DNA of 64,000 nt from contig JBJBDC010000001.1 of assembly GCA_047285535.1 (NCBI GenBank), positions 1,440,136 through 1,504,135 on the forward strand, in the 5' to 3' direction. Position numbers and translations under genes: made by a program. Of this stretch, positions 32,634 through 43,463 are shown piece by piece. The notes below the pieces were generated by a model, which ran no database searches, was not told where the DNA came from, and was given only the letters and a program-made list of their open reading frames with translations. Numbering within the stretch: position 1 is the first letter of the stretch; every line of letters begins with the position of its first letter. This DNA comes from Synechococcus sp. (GTDB lineage: Bacteria; Cyanobacteriota; Cyanobacteriia; PCC-6307; Cyanobiaceae).

Positions 32634-32910
32634 TTTGAAAAGACAATGGAATCAAAGCTTGATAATGATGAAGAGAAAGGGAATAAATTACTTCGATACC
32701 ATTCAATACAGAGAATACAAAAACCCTAATCAGGTAATAATTTCAGGCAAGTAGCAATTTATAATCAAGCTTGCACTAAAAGATACATCCCAAACACCAT
32801 CTTCTTAGGGAACTGTTGTTTGTTATCGTTTTTGCCGCAAAAGCAATCATTTGAGAGCTTACCTCCACAAAGCAAGCGTGTAATGTGAATTTATAAAATC
32901 AAAATCAATT

Positions 32911-33402
32911 ATGCTTTTGCTAGAAGTTGAGATTATTATTTTACTCATTGTTCTCATCATTGCTTACTCCAGGCGATCAATAATAGTAAAGTATTTGGCC
33001 AAGCAAAGATATGAACACGCGGCAAAAAAAGCAATTAATGCTTTCAAAAAGTTAGATGATAGCGGTGGGCAAACTGCCGTATTTAATCACTTGATCAAAC
33101 AGGGGCATATCATTAGGTCCAAAAGAAGGGTGGGTAAGTTTTATATGATTCCCAATTTTGAGGTTAATGGGGAAAAGCAAGATATTTTGCTCCGAATGTC
33201 AGACAATAGCGAGCCATTCTGGGTCGCTATTGCCGCTTTATACAAAGCGGCAATCAAAGATAATTATTTCAACCCTGATCTTTCCATTCCAAATCTATGG
33301 AGTGAAGAATTTGATCAGCTATACATCCACTGGCGCAATAATTTTCACGCAAACTTGTTTTATTCAAGTCCTCAAAATATCTGGGTTGAGAATAACACTT
33401 AA
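32911..33402 (+). CDS. Hypothetical protein with an N-terminal membrane anchor
   Basis: 163-aa ATG ORF in AT-rich DNA; hydrophobic residues 1-19. Confidence 0.7.
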   Translation: MLLLEVEIIILLIVLIIAYSRRSIIVKYLAKQRYEHAAKKAINAFKKLDDSGGQTAVFNHLIKQGHIIRSKRRVGKFYMIPNFEVNGEKQDILLRMSDNSEPFWVAIAALYKAAIKDNYFNPDLSIPNLWSEEFDQLYIHWRNNFHANLFYSSPQNIWVENNT

Positions 33403-33658
33403 ATCAATCCCATAACGCTAAATCTAGCTCTATACTGGAAATTATCAATATGATTGCCATTTAAGCATTTGGACCCATGTTGAATTACCCTTATGAATAA
33501 AACAAAAAGCTGTTCGACCTGTTCAGGCCTGGCAGACAATGATTGAATTCCTTTAGAAACAACTACATGCTTGCAACTTGCAAAACAATAGCCACGTAAA
33601 ATAGATCTTTATTTGGAGAAGCACTATTTCATTGATCAAGACGCTACGAACCATTGCT

Positions 33659-36600
33659 TTATTGACTTGACATGGCGCGTCCCCAGCCGCCTCCACCAGG
33701 AGTTGCAATCCAGAGTCGATCATTCATCTGAACCTTCTGTTCAAAACATGCAGGTTTTTGCTGCCATGGACCTCCAGCTTCACTCATCCAAGTGACTCCC
33801 ACTGCTCCTGATTCTCCACCAGCCAAACCAAACGGTGCCACCCTTCGAGACCCTGACAACAAAGCCACCGTCATAGGAGCAAGGAATCGGATCTGACGCT
33901 CAAGCCCATCACCACCTGACCAGCGTCCCTTGCCTCCACTGCCACGGCGAACCTGAAAACGTTCCAATCGCACTGGAAATCGTTGCTCAAGGATTTCTGG
34001 ATCAGTGAGTCTTGAATTAGTCATGTGGATCTGAACTCCCGTAGATCCGTTAAAACCCTGTCCAGCTCCTCCACCTCCAGTAATCGTTTCGTAATACTGA
34101 GAGGATTCATCCCCAAAGGTGAGGTTATTCATGGTTCCCTGCGATGAAGCCATCACACCCATGACGGCAAATAAGAGGTTGCAAAGCGCCTGAGAAGTTT
34201 CCACATTGCCAGCAACAACAGCAGCCGGAGGTAAAGGATTGAGCAGCGAACCTGGTGGAACCACCAAAGTTAACGGCTCAAAACAGCCTGAATTCAGGGG
34301 TATCGACTCATCGACCAAACAGCGCAGCACATACAAAACCGCGGCTTTGGTAACCGCCAACGGGGCATGAAAGTTGTGCTCTCCCTGAGAACTGGTTCCC
34401 GAGAAGTCCAAGCAAGCAGTTCGTGCCTTGAGATCTACGCGCAAAGCAAGTTCCAAACGGGCGCCATGATCAAGCTCCACGATGCAATGGTGATCAGCCA
34501 ATCGACTGATCAATCGACGAACCGTTTCAGCCGCATGGTCTTGAACAAAACGCATGTAGCTACTCACGCGCAAGGGGCCTTCACGATCCATCAGCTGTTC
34601 AAGATGATCAACTCCGAGGCGATTGGCCGCTACCTGAGCCTGCAAGTCCGCCCAAAGGACTTCTGGGGAGCGGGGGGGCTGACGCTCTCCTCTCAATAGT
34701 TCATGCCAACCTTGCACATTCAAGACGCCTCCGCGCAGAAGCGGCCAGTTGCGTAGACGAAGGCCCTCATCATCAATCGTTCGACTGAAGGGAGGCATGG
34801 AGCCAGGCGTTAATCCCCCAACATCGGAATGATGTCCGCGACAGGCGACGTAGTAGTGAGGTCTTTCGCCATCCCCAAACACTGGTGTAATTGCCGTGAT
34901 GTCTGGCAGATGGGTCCCTCCGTGATAGGGATCATTGCTGAGCACTGTTTCACCGGGTTCCAGCGGCGGGCGCTCACCCCGCTGAATCTGTAGAAGCAGG
35001 TCAACCACCGACTCACCCATTGAGCCCAAATGAACGGGAATATGGGGAGCATTGGCGACCAGTCCACCGTCGCGATCAAACAAAGCGCAAGAAAAGTCCA
35101 GTCGCTCACGGATATTGACGGAGCGACTGGACTGCCGAAGCCGCTCTCCCATCTGTTCAGCAATCACCATGAAGCGGTGATGAAACAAGCTGAGGTCCAC
35201 CGGATCTGGAGCTTGAATAAATTGATGCCTATCTGAAATCTGAGCAGGGGGCTGAGCTCCAGTCAGGAGCAAACTTCCAGAGCTCTCGCACTGTGCCGAC
35301 CAACCAGGCTCGAGCACAGTGCAACCTGTGGAATCAATGATCAAGGCTGGGCCATGCAGAGGCTGAATCAAGGGAAGCTCCCGGCGCTGCACCACAGGAA
35401 CGTCTTTCCAACCAAGCCCAGGCCAGTGACTGGTGGCAGTTTTGCTAACAGCAGCAGACATCAACAATGACGCTGATGCGATCTGGCTATCGTCTGCAAT
35501 CTCCTGCGATGTAGTGAATACTTCGATTTCCAACCGCTCAAGCATCAAAGGTGAGGTCCTTAGAGGCGAATAGCCAAAGCGCTTGCGGTGAGCAGCATCA
35601 AAATCTCGTTCCAACTGCGTGATCTGCAGAGTTGAGTTGTTCTCTGCAATCGAGATCAGCAATCCCTGCTCGGAGTCAACATCCCGAAGTTCCAGCCGAA
35701 TGCAATGCTCAAATTGGGACGCATTCGATGCACCTGCTTCCTTCAGCTGCTCTTCTGCGGACGTCATCTCCTGATGAATGATGTCGGGAAGGCTCGCCAA
35801 CAATTTCGCCTCAAGAGTCTTCCTCACAGCGATTTGACGCCATTCGCGCAGGCTTGCCTGACCTATGCCGAAGGCCGACAACACTCCAGCGAGTGGATGA
35901 ATCAGGACCTTGCGAAGACCCAGCGCCCCTGCGACTCGACAAGCCAATTGTCCTGCCGCTCCGCCATAGGCCACAAGCACTCCACCACGAATGTCATGGC
36001 CTCGAAAGAGAGAAACCTGCTGGATTGCACCAGCCATCGTTTCCACAGCTAATTCAAGAGCTCCCTCCGCAAGCGCCTCAGGCTCGCAATCCAGTCGGCA
36101 AGAAAGCTCATGGAAGCGATGCCGCACGATCTCCAGATCCGGGCCTAAGTCCGCTGAAGGGCCAAAGACAAGCGGAAACGCCTCCACCTGTAAACGACCT
36201 AGAAAAAGATGGGCGTCTGTAATTGTCAAAGGGCCGCCGCGGCGGTAACAAGCGGGGCCAGGGTCTGCTCCGGCGGAGCGAGGGCCTACCTGCAAACGAC
36301 CACCCTCAGTGAAAATAATCGAGCCCCCGCCCGCGGCGACGGTATGGATCGGGAGTCGTGATGCCGAAAGTTCTAAGCCTGCAATTTTAGTTTCAGAGCT
36401 TCGCTCCCAGTTCCTATCGGAGGCTCCCGCGGGTAAGCAGAACACATCCGTGCTGGTGCCTCCCATGTCCACACCAACAATGGCCTGCAGGCCAAATCCA
36501 GCAGACTCGGCGGCAGCCACCGCCCCGACCATTCCTCCAGCAGGCCCAGAGAGGATCGTGTCCTTCGCTAAGAGCTTCTCAGGACATTGCAAGGCCCCAC

Positions 36601-37324
36601 TCGAAGTCATCACACGCAGCCGTGTCTGACCTCCGAGAGCCTTTCGCACTTGTTCGAGGTAACCAAAGAACACCTGTTCGACGGCCGCCTCAACGACAGC
36701 GGTCTGAGCCCGGGGGACTAACCGAGGCAAAGGACTGACCTGATGGGAACAAACCACCGTGGAAAAACCAATCTTTTTCGCCAAATCAGCGAGCTGCCTC
36801 TCATGGCGCGGCTCACGCCACGCATGCATCAGGGCAATGGCACAAGCGCTGATGCCAGAACGTCGATAGGCGTGCAGCTTCTCCTCCAGCAGTGCGTCGA
36901 CGCAGAGGGGTTCCACTTCCTCGCCAGCTGCATTCAATCTCCCACCCGTTTCAAGATGCGCTGCAGCAAGTGACTTGGGCAGGGGAATCTCCAGTGCAAA
37001 AAGATCAGGTCGATGCTGATCACCAATCAACAGCAAATCAGCCATCCCCTGATTGGTCATTAACAAAACCGGGGTCCCAGCACCCTCCAGCAGGGCGTTT
37101 GTAGCCACTGTTGTCCCTAACCGAACCTCCTGGATCAAACACGAAGGGATCGGCACCTCAGGAGGCAAACACAACACCTCTCGGATGGCTCCAACAGCTG
37201 GATCACCAAGATCGAGCGATTGCTCTGAAAGCACCTTGCGCACTACAAGCTGACCGCTAGGTCCCACACCAACAAGATCTGTAAACGTTCCCCCACGGTC
37301 AATCCAAAATCGCCAATGGTTCAC
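33659..37324 (-). CDS. Fused hydantoinase A/B / ATP-dependent 5-oxoprolinase
   Basis: [55 protein letters not shown]. Confidence 0.93.
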   Translation of the reverse strand: MNHWRFWIDRGGTFTDLVGVGPSGQLVVRKVLSEQSLDLGDPAVGAIREVLCLPPEVPIPSCLIQEVRLGTTVATNALLEGAGTPVLLMTNQGMADLLLIGDQHRPDLFALEIPLPKSLAAAHLETGGRLNAAGEEVEPLCVDALLEEKLHAYRRSGISACAIALMHAWREPRHERQLADLAKKIGFSTVVCSHQVSPLPRLVPRAQTAVVEAAVEQVFFGYLEQVRKALGGQTRLRVMTSSGALQCPEKLLAKDTILSGPAGGMVGAVAAAESAGFGLQAIVGVDMGGTSTDVFCLPAGASDRNWERSSETKIAGLELSASRLPIHTVAAGGGSIIFTEGGRLQVGPRSAGADPGPACYRRGGPLTITDAHLFLGRLQVEAFPLVFGPSADLGPDLEIVRHRFHELSCRLDCEPEALAEGALELAVETMAGAIQQVSLFRGHDIRGGVLVAYGGAAGQLACRVAGALGLRKVLIHPLAGVLSAFGIGQASLREWRQIAVRKTLEAKLLASLPDIIHQEMTSAEEQLKEAGASNASQFEHCIRLELRDVDSEQGLLISIAENNSTLQITQLERDFDAAHRKRFGYSPLRTSPLMLERLEIEVFTTSQEIADDSQIASASLLMSAAVSKTATSHWPGLGWKDVPVVQRRELPLIQPLHGPALIIDSTGCTVLEPGWSAQCESSGSLLLTGAQPPAQISDRHQFIQAPDPVDLSLFHHRFMVIAEQMGERLRQSSRSVNIRERLDFSCALFDRDGGLVANAPHIPVHLGSMGESVVDLLLQIQRGERPPLEPGETVLSNDPYHGGTHLPDITAITPVFGDGERPHYYVACRGHHSDVGGLTPGSMPPFSRTIDDEGLRLRNWPLLRGGVLNVQGWHELLRGERQPPRSPEVLWADLQAQVAANRLGVDHLEQLMDREGPLRVSSYMRFVQDHAAETVRRLISRLADHHCIVELDHGARLELALRVDLKARTACLDFSGTSSQGEHNFHAPLAVTKAAVLYVLRCLVDESIPLNSGCFEPLTLVVPPGSLLNPLPPAAVVAGNVETSQALCNLLFAVMGVMASSQGTMNNLTFGDESSQYYETITGGGGAGQGFNGSTGVQIHMTNSRLTDPEILEQRFPVRLERFQVRRGSGGKGRWSGGDGLERQIRFLAPMTVALLSGSRRVAPFGLAGGESGAVGVTWMSEAGGPWQQKPACFEQKVQMNDRLWIATPGGGGWGRAMSSQ

Positions 37325-38088
37325 CGTCCTTCCTCGCCCAGTGCTTCCTCACCCAGTGCTGCATCGTCCACCCACAACCAGAGTCTTGGGTGACGCTGTA
37401 ACCAACTGGCCGGCACCTCTGGATCATCATCACGATCCAAGGCCTTACGGAGGATTCCAGCCTTGAGTGCACCTGTGACGATCAGGTGCAGTTCCTTTGC
37501 CGCCAAGATTTCTTGCATGCCAAGAGTGATGGCGGCCTGGGGCACCAAGGTAGGAATCCCATCAAAAGCAGGAGCGTTTTGAGTTCGTGTGGTGGAGCTC
37601 AGTTTGACTACACGACAGCGCTCATCAGGACCACATGGGGGTTCATTGAATCCCACATGGCCATTGCGGCCCAATCCCAACAGCTGCAATCCAATCCCCC
37701 CTGATGCACTTAGAGCTGAGGAATAGCGCTCAGCGGCCACTTCAGGATCTGTAGCCGTTCCATCTGGCAACAACACCTGATTCGAATCAAGCCCTAGAGG
37801 TCGCACTAAGTGCTGTTCCATAAATGCAGCAAAGGAGCTGGGATGGAGAGGAGGCAAACCCACATACTCATCGAGGTTGAAACTGATCCAGCGCTGACGC
37901 AAAAGCTGCAAACGGTCCTTAGGCCATGCAGACAGGCGAGCCACCAAGGCGGCATAGAGAGGCTCCATGGTCCTTCCTGTCGCCAGACCAAGGGGCCGAA
38001 ACTCTCTTTGTTCCAGAAAATTCAGGAATCGATGCTCAAGATGATCAACAACAGCCTCCATAAGCTGCTCGGGATTGAGCCTGCGCAC
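37321..38088 (-). CDS. nagB: Glucosamine-6-phosphate deaminase
   Basis: LGLATG.T, FNLDEYVGL, GLGRNGHVGFNEP, PASWLQRH. Confidence 0.93.
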   Translation of the reverse strand: MRRLNPEQLMEAVVDHLEHRFLNFLEQREFRPLGLATGRTMEPLYAALVARLSAWPKDRLQLLRQRWISFNLDEYVGLPPLHPSSFAAFMEQHLVRPLGLDSNQVLLPDGTATDPEVAAERYSSALSASGGIGLQLLGLGRNGHVGFNEPPCGPDERCRVVKLSSTTRTQNAPAFDGIPTLVPQAAITLGMQEILAAKELHLIVTGALKAGILRKALDRDDDPEVPASWLQRHPRLWLWVDDAALGEEALGEEGR

Positions 38089-38136
38089 GATGGTGATCGT
38101 GTCCGGGATTTTGAGAACGATGAAAGGTCATAGACA

Positions 38137-39573
38137 TCAACCCCAACAGGCTGACTCTGATCGCAGACCAAGCGCCACAGTTGGGTCATCACTGGAGCGA
38201 TAGGGACGAATCTCAGCACCTCGGTAGTAATGCAAAAGGATCTGACGAAAATCAGCGCCCTGAAGAGCCAGACCATGAGCCCCCCACTGACTCATCCCGA
38301 CCCCATGCCCGAATCCTTGTCCCCGAGCTTCCAGAACCATCTCCTCCGAGTTGAGACCTGAACGCGACTGGATGACATCTGAAGTTTTGACACGTGGAAG
38401 AGGAGGAGGAGCCACCGGCAGATCTAAGGCAAGATCTGCTTGCAAGGGACCACTAGCAGAGTCCTGCCAAAGACCAATTAAAGGAGGTTTCCCTAATTGG
38501 TGAGCTCTTGGATCCTCAAACGAGTCAATTGAATGATTCATCAATCGAGCGCTGGATGGATCAGTAGCGCTATTGATCAACTTGAATTGAACCATCGTGC
38601 TTTTCAGTCCGAGACGCTGACGAAGCTCCCTACCTGTTAAAAGCAGAGAACCACGAGGGCCCTGCACACGCGCCGATCGCACCCGACCGGTTGAACTGGT
38701 TTTGAGCACCTGCAAGCGCTTCACCCCTCCCGTTTCACGAAAGAGATCACGCAGCTCATCGTCATCAAAACGTTGATTCCAACGATGCACAGGACTGTGC
38801 TGATCATGATCCGCAACACTGACCAAATAAGGGAGTTGATGGCGCCAGACCTCACCACTGGGCTCTGTCTTCCCTCCCGAGCTGCTGTGAAAGACCGCGT
38901 TAATCAGCCGGCCAGCATGCACCAGCACAAGTGAACGTGTGCTTTGCACAGCCTTGATGGTACTGGGCGTTTCGGATTCAACCCCGCGGTAAACCTGGCT
39001 GGCGACGGTGGCCTTAACATCAAAATCTCCAGCCTTGCCGCGTTGGCGAAGGGCATACGTTCGCGCGGCAACCGCCTGGGCTTGCAATGCAGGCAAGGGC
39101 CACTGATGAGGCATTTCACTGCCCACAACACTGGCCAAATAGGTTTCAATCCCAAGGTGATTCACAACCTGCACCTGACCGTTACGCATCAGAAATTTCA
39201 ACCTGCCGCGATAGCGACGAGGACCAAGCCAGATGCCTCGGGGATCGTCACTATGGACCTCGATCGCTGAGCGAGATGACGTTCGGCGAGACGATCCATT
39301 GCTCATTTGACCGCTGATCCACAGACGTCCATCACGCAAACTCACCTCCATGGAGCGCATGCGCTGGTCGGTGCCGCCAACACCCCTGACCAGAAATGTC
39401 TGATCGCCATCAGCTCGAAGACGAACCACTCGGGCCTTTGACAGCAACACCCGCATAGACGGCTCCTGTTCAGCCTGTACAGCCCGCTGATCAAAGCTGA
39501 CTGCCGCCATAGCCATTGGGATGGTCAAGGCTGAGGTCAGCACAGGGAGGAACGCTGAAGCAGGAAAGACCAC
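38137..39573 (-). CDS. SpoIID/LytB domain protein
   Basis: YLASVVGSEMP, LQAQAVAARTY, SQVY.G, GFGHGVGMSQWGA; start uncertain. Confidence 0.9.
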   Translation of the reverse strand: MVFPASAFLPVLTSALTIPMAMAAVSFDQRAVQAEQEPSMRVLLSKARVVRLRADGDQTFLVRGVGGTDQRMRSMEVSLRDGRLWISGQMSNGSSRRTSSRSAIEVHSDDPRGIWLGPRRYRGRLKFLMRNGQVQVVNHLGIETYLASVVGSEMPHQWPLPALQAQAVAARTYALRQRGKAGDFDVKATVASQVYRGVESETPSTIKAVQSTRSLVLVHAGRLINAVFHSSSGGKTEPSGEVWRHQLPYLVSVADHDQHSPVHRWNQRFDDDELRDLFRETGGVKRLQVLKTSSTGRVRSARVQGPRGSLLLTGRELRQRLGLKSTMVQFKLINSATDPSSARLMNHSIDSFEDPRAHQLGKPPLIGLWQDSASGPLQADLALDLPVAPPPLPRVKTSDVIQSRSGLNSEEMVLEARGQGFGHGVGMSQWGAHGLALQGADFRQILLHYYRGAEIRPYRSSDDPTVALGLRSESACWG

Positions 39574-39664
39574 TGCGAGCTGAGACCAGGCAGCTCAGTG
39601 TGCCCTGATGATTCGGAGGCCGCTAGGTCCCCATGGCAGATTTGATGACTTAGCGCGTTGAGAC

Positions 39665-40609
39665 GTGCAGGTCACCTTTCTTGGAACCAGTTCAGGCGTG
39701 CCTACTCGGTGCCGAAACGTTTCGGCTGTGGCACTGCGATTGCCTCAGCGATCGGAACTTTGGTTGTTTGACTGCGGGGAAGGAACGCAGCACCAGTTTT
39801 TGCGAAGCGATTTGCGTCTCTCCCAACTGAGGAGGGTGTTTATCACCCATATGCATGGCGACCATGTCTTCGGACTCCCTGGCCTTCTGGCCAGTCTGGG
39901 TCTAGGGGGAACGAGCAAAGGTGTGGACTTGTACGGCCCGGATCCCCTGGATTCCTACCTTCAAGGAGTTTTTCGGACAAGCTCCACCCGCATCGGCTAT
40001 CCGCTAGCCATCCATCGCGTGCGCGAAGCTGCCGAAAAGAAAACGGTTGTTTTCGAAGACGAGGATCTGATCGTTACGGCGGTCCCCCTCCATCATCGAG
40101 TTCCGGCCTACGCCTACCGGGCCGAACAAAGACCGAGAGCGGGTCGCTTTGATGTTGAGAAGGCACGACAACTCAAGATTCCACCAGGGCCTGTCTATGC
40201 CGCGCTGAAACGAGGAGAATCCGTGACGCTTGAGGACGGACGCACGATCGATGGTCGAGCCCTCTGCGGCCCCAAACAGCCTGGCGTCAGCGTCGTTTAT
40301 TGCACCGATACCGTTTTTTGCGAAGCAGCGGTGCAGCTGGCGCAAGGAGCCAATCTGCTGATCCATGAGTCGACCTTCTCCCATGCCGAAGCAGAGATGG
40401 CTTTCAAGCGGCAGCACTCAACGAGCACCATGGCCGCGCAAACCGCTGCAGAGGCCGGAGTCAAACAGTTAGCTCTGACCCATCTCAGTCCGCGTTATGC
40501 CCCTGGGAACCCAGTCAGCGCAGACGATCTACTTGCCGAGGCCCGCGCCATTTTCCCAGCCACAATCTTGGCCAAGGATTTCCTCAATCTGGACGTGAAT
40601 GCCTCTTGA
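39665..40609 (+). CDS. rnz: Ribonuclease Z
   Basis: [35 protein letters not shown]. Confidence 0.96.
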   Translation: MQVTFLGTSSGVPTRCRNVSAVALRLPQRSELWLFDCGEGTQHQFLRSDLRLSQLRRVFITHMHGDHVFGLPGLLASLGLGGTSKGVDLYGPDPLDSYLQGVFRTSSTRIGYPLAIHRVREAAEKKTVVFEDEDLIVTAVPLHHRVPAYAYRAEQRPRAGRFDVEKARQLKIPPGPVYAALKRGESVTLEDGRTIDGRALCGPKQPGVSVVYCTDTVFCEAAVQLAQGANLLIHESTFSHAEAEMAFKRQHSTSTMAAQTAAEAGVKQLALTHLSPRYAPGNPVSADDLLAEARAIFPATILAKDFLNLDVNAS

Positions 40610-40726
40610 TGAGCGGGAGCGCGCTGCAACAGTTCGTGATCACTAGACCCCCTAGGGCCTCATCCTCATCCCACCCCGTGATACAAGGACTTGGTGCGCT
40701 GTCTACGTCAGTCTCTGACATCTTTC

Positions 40727-41239
40727 ATGGCCTCTTTTTTCTCCACATTGCGTCGATCATTGAATCGACTGCTGATCGCCCTGCCAGTGCTGCTTGGACT
40801 GTTGATCAGTGCCCCCGCCCAGGCCGCCCAGTGGGATGCCGAGATCCTCACGGTGCCAGCTGACGGCGATGGCACCCTGGTCACCTTCAGTGAACAGGAA
40901 ATCAAGACAGGGCGGAAGGTGTTCAACGTCAGCTGCGGCACCTGCCACGCCGGCGGCATCACCAAAACCAACCAGAATGTGGGCTTGGATACTGAAACGC
41001 TTGCCCTGGCCACACCAGCCCGTGACAACGTTGCGTCTCTCGTGGATTACCTGCAAGACCCCACGTCCTATGACGGGGAATACAGCATCGCCGACTTGCA
41101 TCCCAGCATGCGCAGCCGCGATCTCTATCCCGCCATGCGCGATCTCACCGATGAGGATCTTCGCTTGATGTCTGGATACATCCTTGTAGCCCCCAAAGTC
41201 TTGGGTGTTGAATGGGGCGGCGGGAAAATTTACTTCTAA
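40727..41239 (+). CDS. psbV: Photosystem II cytochrome c550
   Basis: Signal peptide, CGTCH heme motif, PTSYDG, WGGGKIYF. Confidence 0.97.
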   Translation: MASFFSTLRRSLNRLLIALPVLLGLLISAPAQAAQWDAEILTVPADGDGTLVTFSEQEIKTGRKVFNVSCGTCHAGGITKTNQNVGLDTETLALATPARDNVASLVDYLQDPTSYDGEYSIADLHPSMRSRDLYPAMRDLTDEDLRLMSGYILVAPKVLGVEWGGGKIYF

Positions 41240-41279
41240 TCTTTTGATTAGATAATCACTCCACACAAAGAATCGGCCG

Positions 41280-41311
41280 AGGGCCTTAGGACAACCTGAG
41301 GCCCTTTATTT
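41280..41311 (+). terminator. Intrinsic terminator after psbV
   Basis: AGGGCCTTAGG-acaa-CCTGAGGCCCT followed by TTATTT. Confidence 0.7.
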
Positions 41312-41536
41312 ATGCATCGATAACGCATGTCAGCCAGCGACAAAAGCATCCCGAAGCTTGAGCCGAATATTTCCAACAACGAGACCAACCAAAGACTAAA
41401 ACGACAAGCCGATAAACACATATCAACCTACTTTAAACAAAATGTTACCACCTTGCGAAACAAAAATTTTAATCAGACTGCCTAACAATTCAAGATAAAT
41501 TAACTCCAGCAAAAGAAATTTGGAGTCTCTTCAACA

Positions 41537-42442
41537 ATGCTGTCTTCCACGTCAGTCATCACAAGCTTTGGCGGTGAACGCGAGACGAAGCCTTCTATCT
41601 CATTCAAGAGTGGACAGACTCAATCATCCAAGTCCGCAGCACTTAGCAATAGCGAATTCCAGCGAAGACAGTGCGAGGGAATGAAACTAGCGATCGGCCC
41701 TCGCCTGCACGATCAATGCGGGACCAAAGTCACTTTCGAGGAATTTCCAGACATCTCTCAGGAGGCACTAGAAAACGCGATAAGCGCTGCCTATCAACAC
41801 GTCTATGGCAATGCACATGTCATGGACAATGAGAGATCCACGTCTCTTGAAGCACAATTAAGAGATGGTCGCATTTCGATTCAAGATTTCGTGCGTGGGC
41901 TCGCAAAATCCGATTTCTACAAGAAAAACTTTTACGACACATGCTCACCAGAAAGAACGATTGAGCTTGATCTCAAACATCTTTTAGGCAGAACACCTCA
42001 TGATCAACGAGAGGTTGCGGAATACATTCAAATCCAAGCATCAAAAGGGCATAATGCTGTGATTGATTCAATAATTGACTCAGCTGAATATTCAGAAACC
42101 TTTGGACGGCACACTGTTCCCTACATGAGATCCTGGCTTTCGCAAGCAGGCACAGCCCAAGCGGCCTTCAACAGAACTGCTGCGATCTGCCTTGGATATG
42201 CATACAGCGACAAAGCTATCGGAATCAGCTCAACGCTAAGCAACGGCTTAAAAACAGGTCACGCCGATAGTATTGCGTTCCCGCATGCGTCAAAACTAAA
42301 TTTCAGGGGATCAAGCTTAATCCTCAAGGGAGGGAAGCCACCTGTATTGGTCAGCAAACTCGGCACGATTTTAACGATTGCCTGTTTAATCGAAGTGAGC
42401 AGAATCATTCTCACGATTGCAGCAAGCGCTATAACTTCTTAA
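41537..42442 (+). CDS. Phycobilisome linker polypeptide (phycoerythrin-linker-like) with a C-terminal hydrophobic tail
   Basis: AAYQHVYGN, FVRGLAKSDFY, KHLLGRTP, IDSAEY..FG...VPY linker domain; Cys-bearing N-terminal extension; hydrophobic C-terminus. Confidence 0.9.
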   Translation: MLSSTSVITSFGGERETKPSISFKSGQTQSSKSAALSNSEFQRRQCEGMKLAIGPRLHDQCGTKVTFEEFPDISQEALENAISAAYQHVYGNAHVMDNERSTSLEAQLRDGRISIQDFVRGLAKSDFYKKNFYDTCSPERTIELDLKHLLGRTPHDQREVAEYIQIQASKGHNAVIDSIIDSAEYSETFGRHTVPYMRSWLSQAGTAQAAFNRTAAICLGYAYSDKAIGISSTLSNGLKTGHADSIAFPHASKLNFRGSSLILKGGKPPVLVSKLGTILTIACLIEVSRIILTIAASAITS

Positions 42443-42457
42443 TCGGTTTTTCGAAAT

Positions 42458-42488
42458 ATAGGCCCTGGACAAAGCCTCCAGGGCCTAT
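42458..42488. terminator. 12-bp perfect hairpin after the linker gene
   Basis: ATAGGCCCTGGA-caaagcc-TCCAGGGCCTAT; no U tract. Confidence 0.5.
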
Positions 42489-42860
42489 GATCTCCACAAA
42501 AAGTTAATTCTCAATAGCACATCAGTCTTAAAAGAAGAGGCTCTATAGACAAAGCAAAGAGCCTAGATTATTTCAATGTGGGGAGTCTCTTCGATGCGAG
42601 CTTTTTGCATATTTGCACTCGCAAGGGTATTCAAGCAAAACAAAAGCCTGGAGAGTCTTCAATCGCATCAGCAGATCCCAGCTTTTATCGCTGACCAATT
42701 TAGAAGAGGTCAATAAAGACTCAGGCAAGAGAATTCCACCGAGCTCGAAGCAAAAAGAATGGAAGCACTGACCTGGTAAAATCCTCCAAATCACTCAATC
42801 AAGTTACGTAAAAATATTTATGAGACTTTAAGAGTGGTTGGGTTCTACAGCACTAAATCC

Positions 42861-43154
42861 ATGGCGAAAGGTTTCTGGATTCTTACAGGCAACATTCACA
42901 CTCCTCTTGGGATGGTTCCCTATATTAAGCAATTCACCTCTTGGCTCCCAAAAGTTGGGGCTCGGATGCTCGTTCGCGATCTTCAGGGTGATGTACGCGA
43001 AGGAGCACCAGGCTCAGTCAATATTATTGTTGAATTCAACTCAAAAGAGGATGCCGTCACTGCTTATGAGTCGAAAGAATACCAAGAACTGATTGATTTA
43101 AGAACTCAACATTCAGATCTTAACCTCACCATTACAGAAGAACTTATTGACTAA
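42861..43154 (+). CDS. DUF1330-like protein
   Basis: MAKGFW..., IVEFNSKEDAVTAYESKEYQ..IDLR pattern. Confidence 0.8.
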   Translation: MAKGFWILTGNIHTPLGMVPYIKQFTSWLPKVGARMLVRDLQGDVREGAPGSVNIIVEFNSKEDAVTAYESKEYQELIDLRTQHSDLNLTITEELID

Positions 43155-43463
43155 AAGAAGCTTCAAGCGAATCAAATTTCTTATTTAAGACATCGCTTCT
43201 TTCCAATTCAGCTCAAGAGATGCAACCAAGCACGCTCACTGACCATACTCAAAAAGCCTATTGAAACTTGACCTCTTCTATCATCCTCCAAGAGGATTCA
43301 CGCCCTAAGCAATTCAGAGTGAATTTCCAAAAGACCTTATGCCATTGCATTGGAGTGATGTCTTCATGCTCTCTTTGCGATCCAGCAAGCATTTCTCGAA
43401 TCAACTAAGTTTGATCTCATTGCATCCAGCCAACGAATCAAACCTTGGTTGGGCCTCCAACTT

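Larger units (their letters stand above)
17313..33658. other. Accessory genomic island (metal/iron and envelope genes); no mobility genes seen
   Basis: Visibly AT-richer, low coding density, non-core genes between yebC and the oxoprolinase gene. Confidence 0.75.

Noticed and set aside
41434..41451. HLR1/RpaB-like direct repeat TAAACAAA-AT-GTTACCAC upstream of the linker gene
   Set aside because: Only 6/8 per half-site in AT-rich DNA; plausible but not supportable
42573..42794. Short ORFs on both strands between the linker and DUF1330-like genes
   Set aside because: No recognisable family and no convincing start; cannot be told from random ORFs
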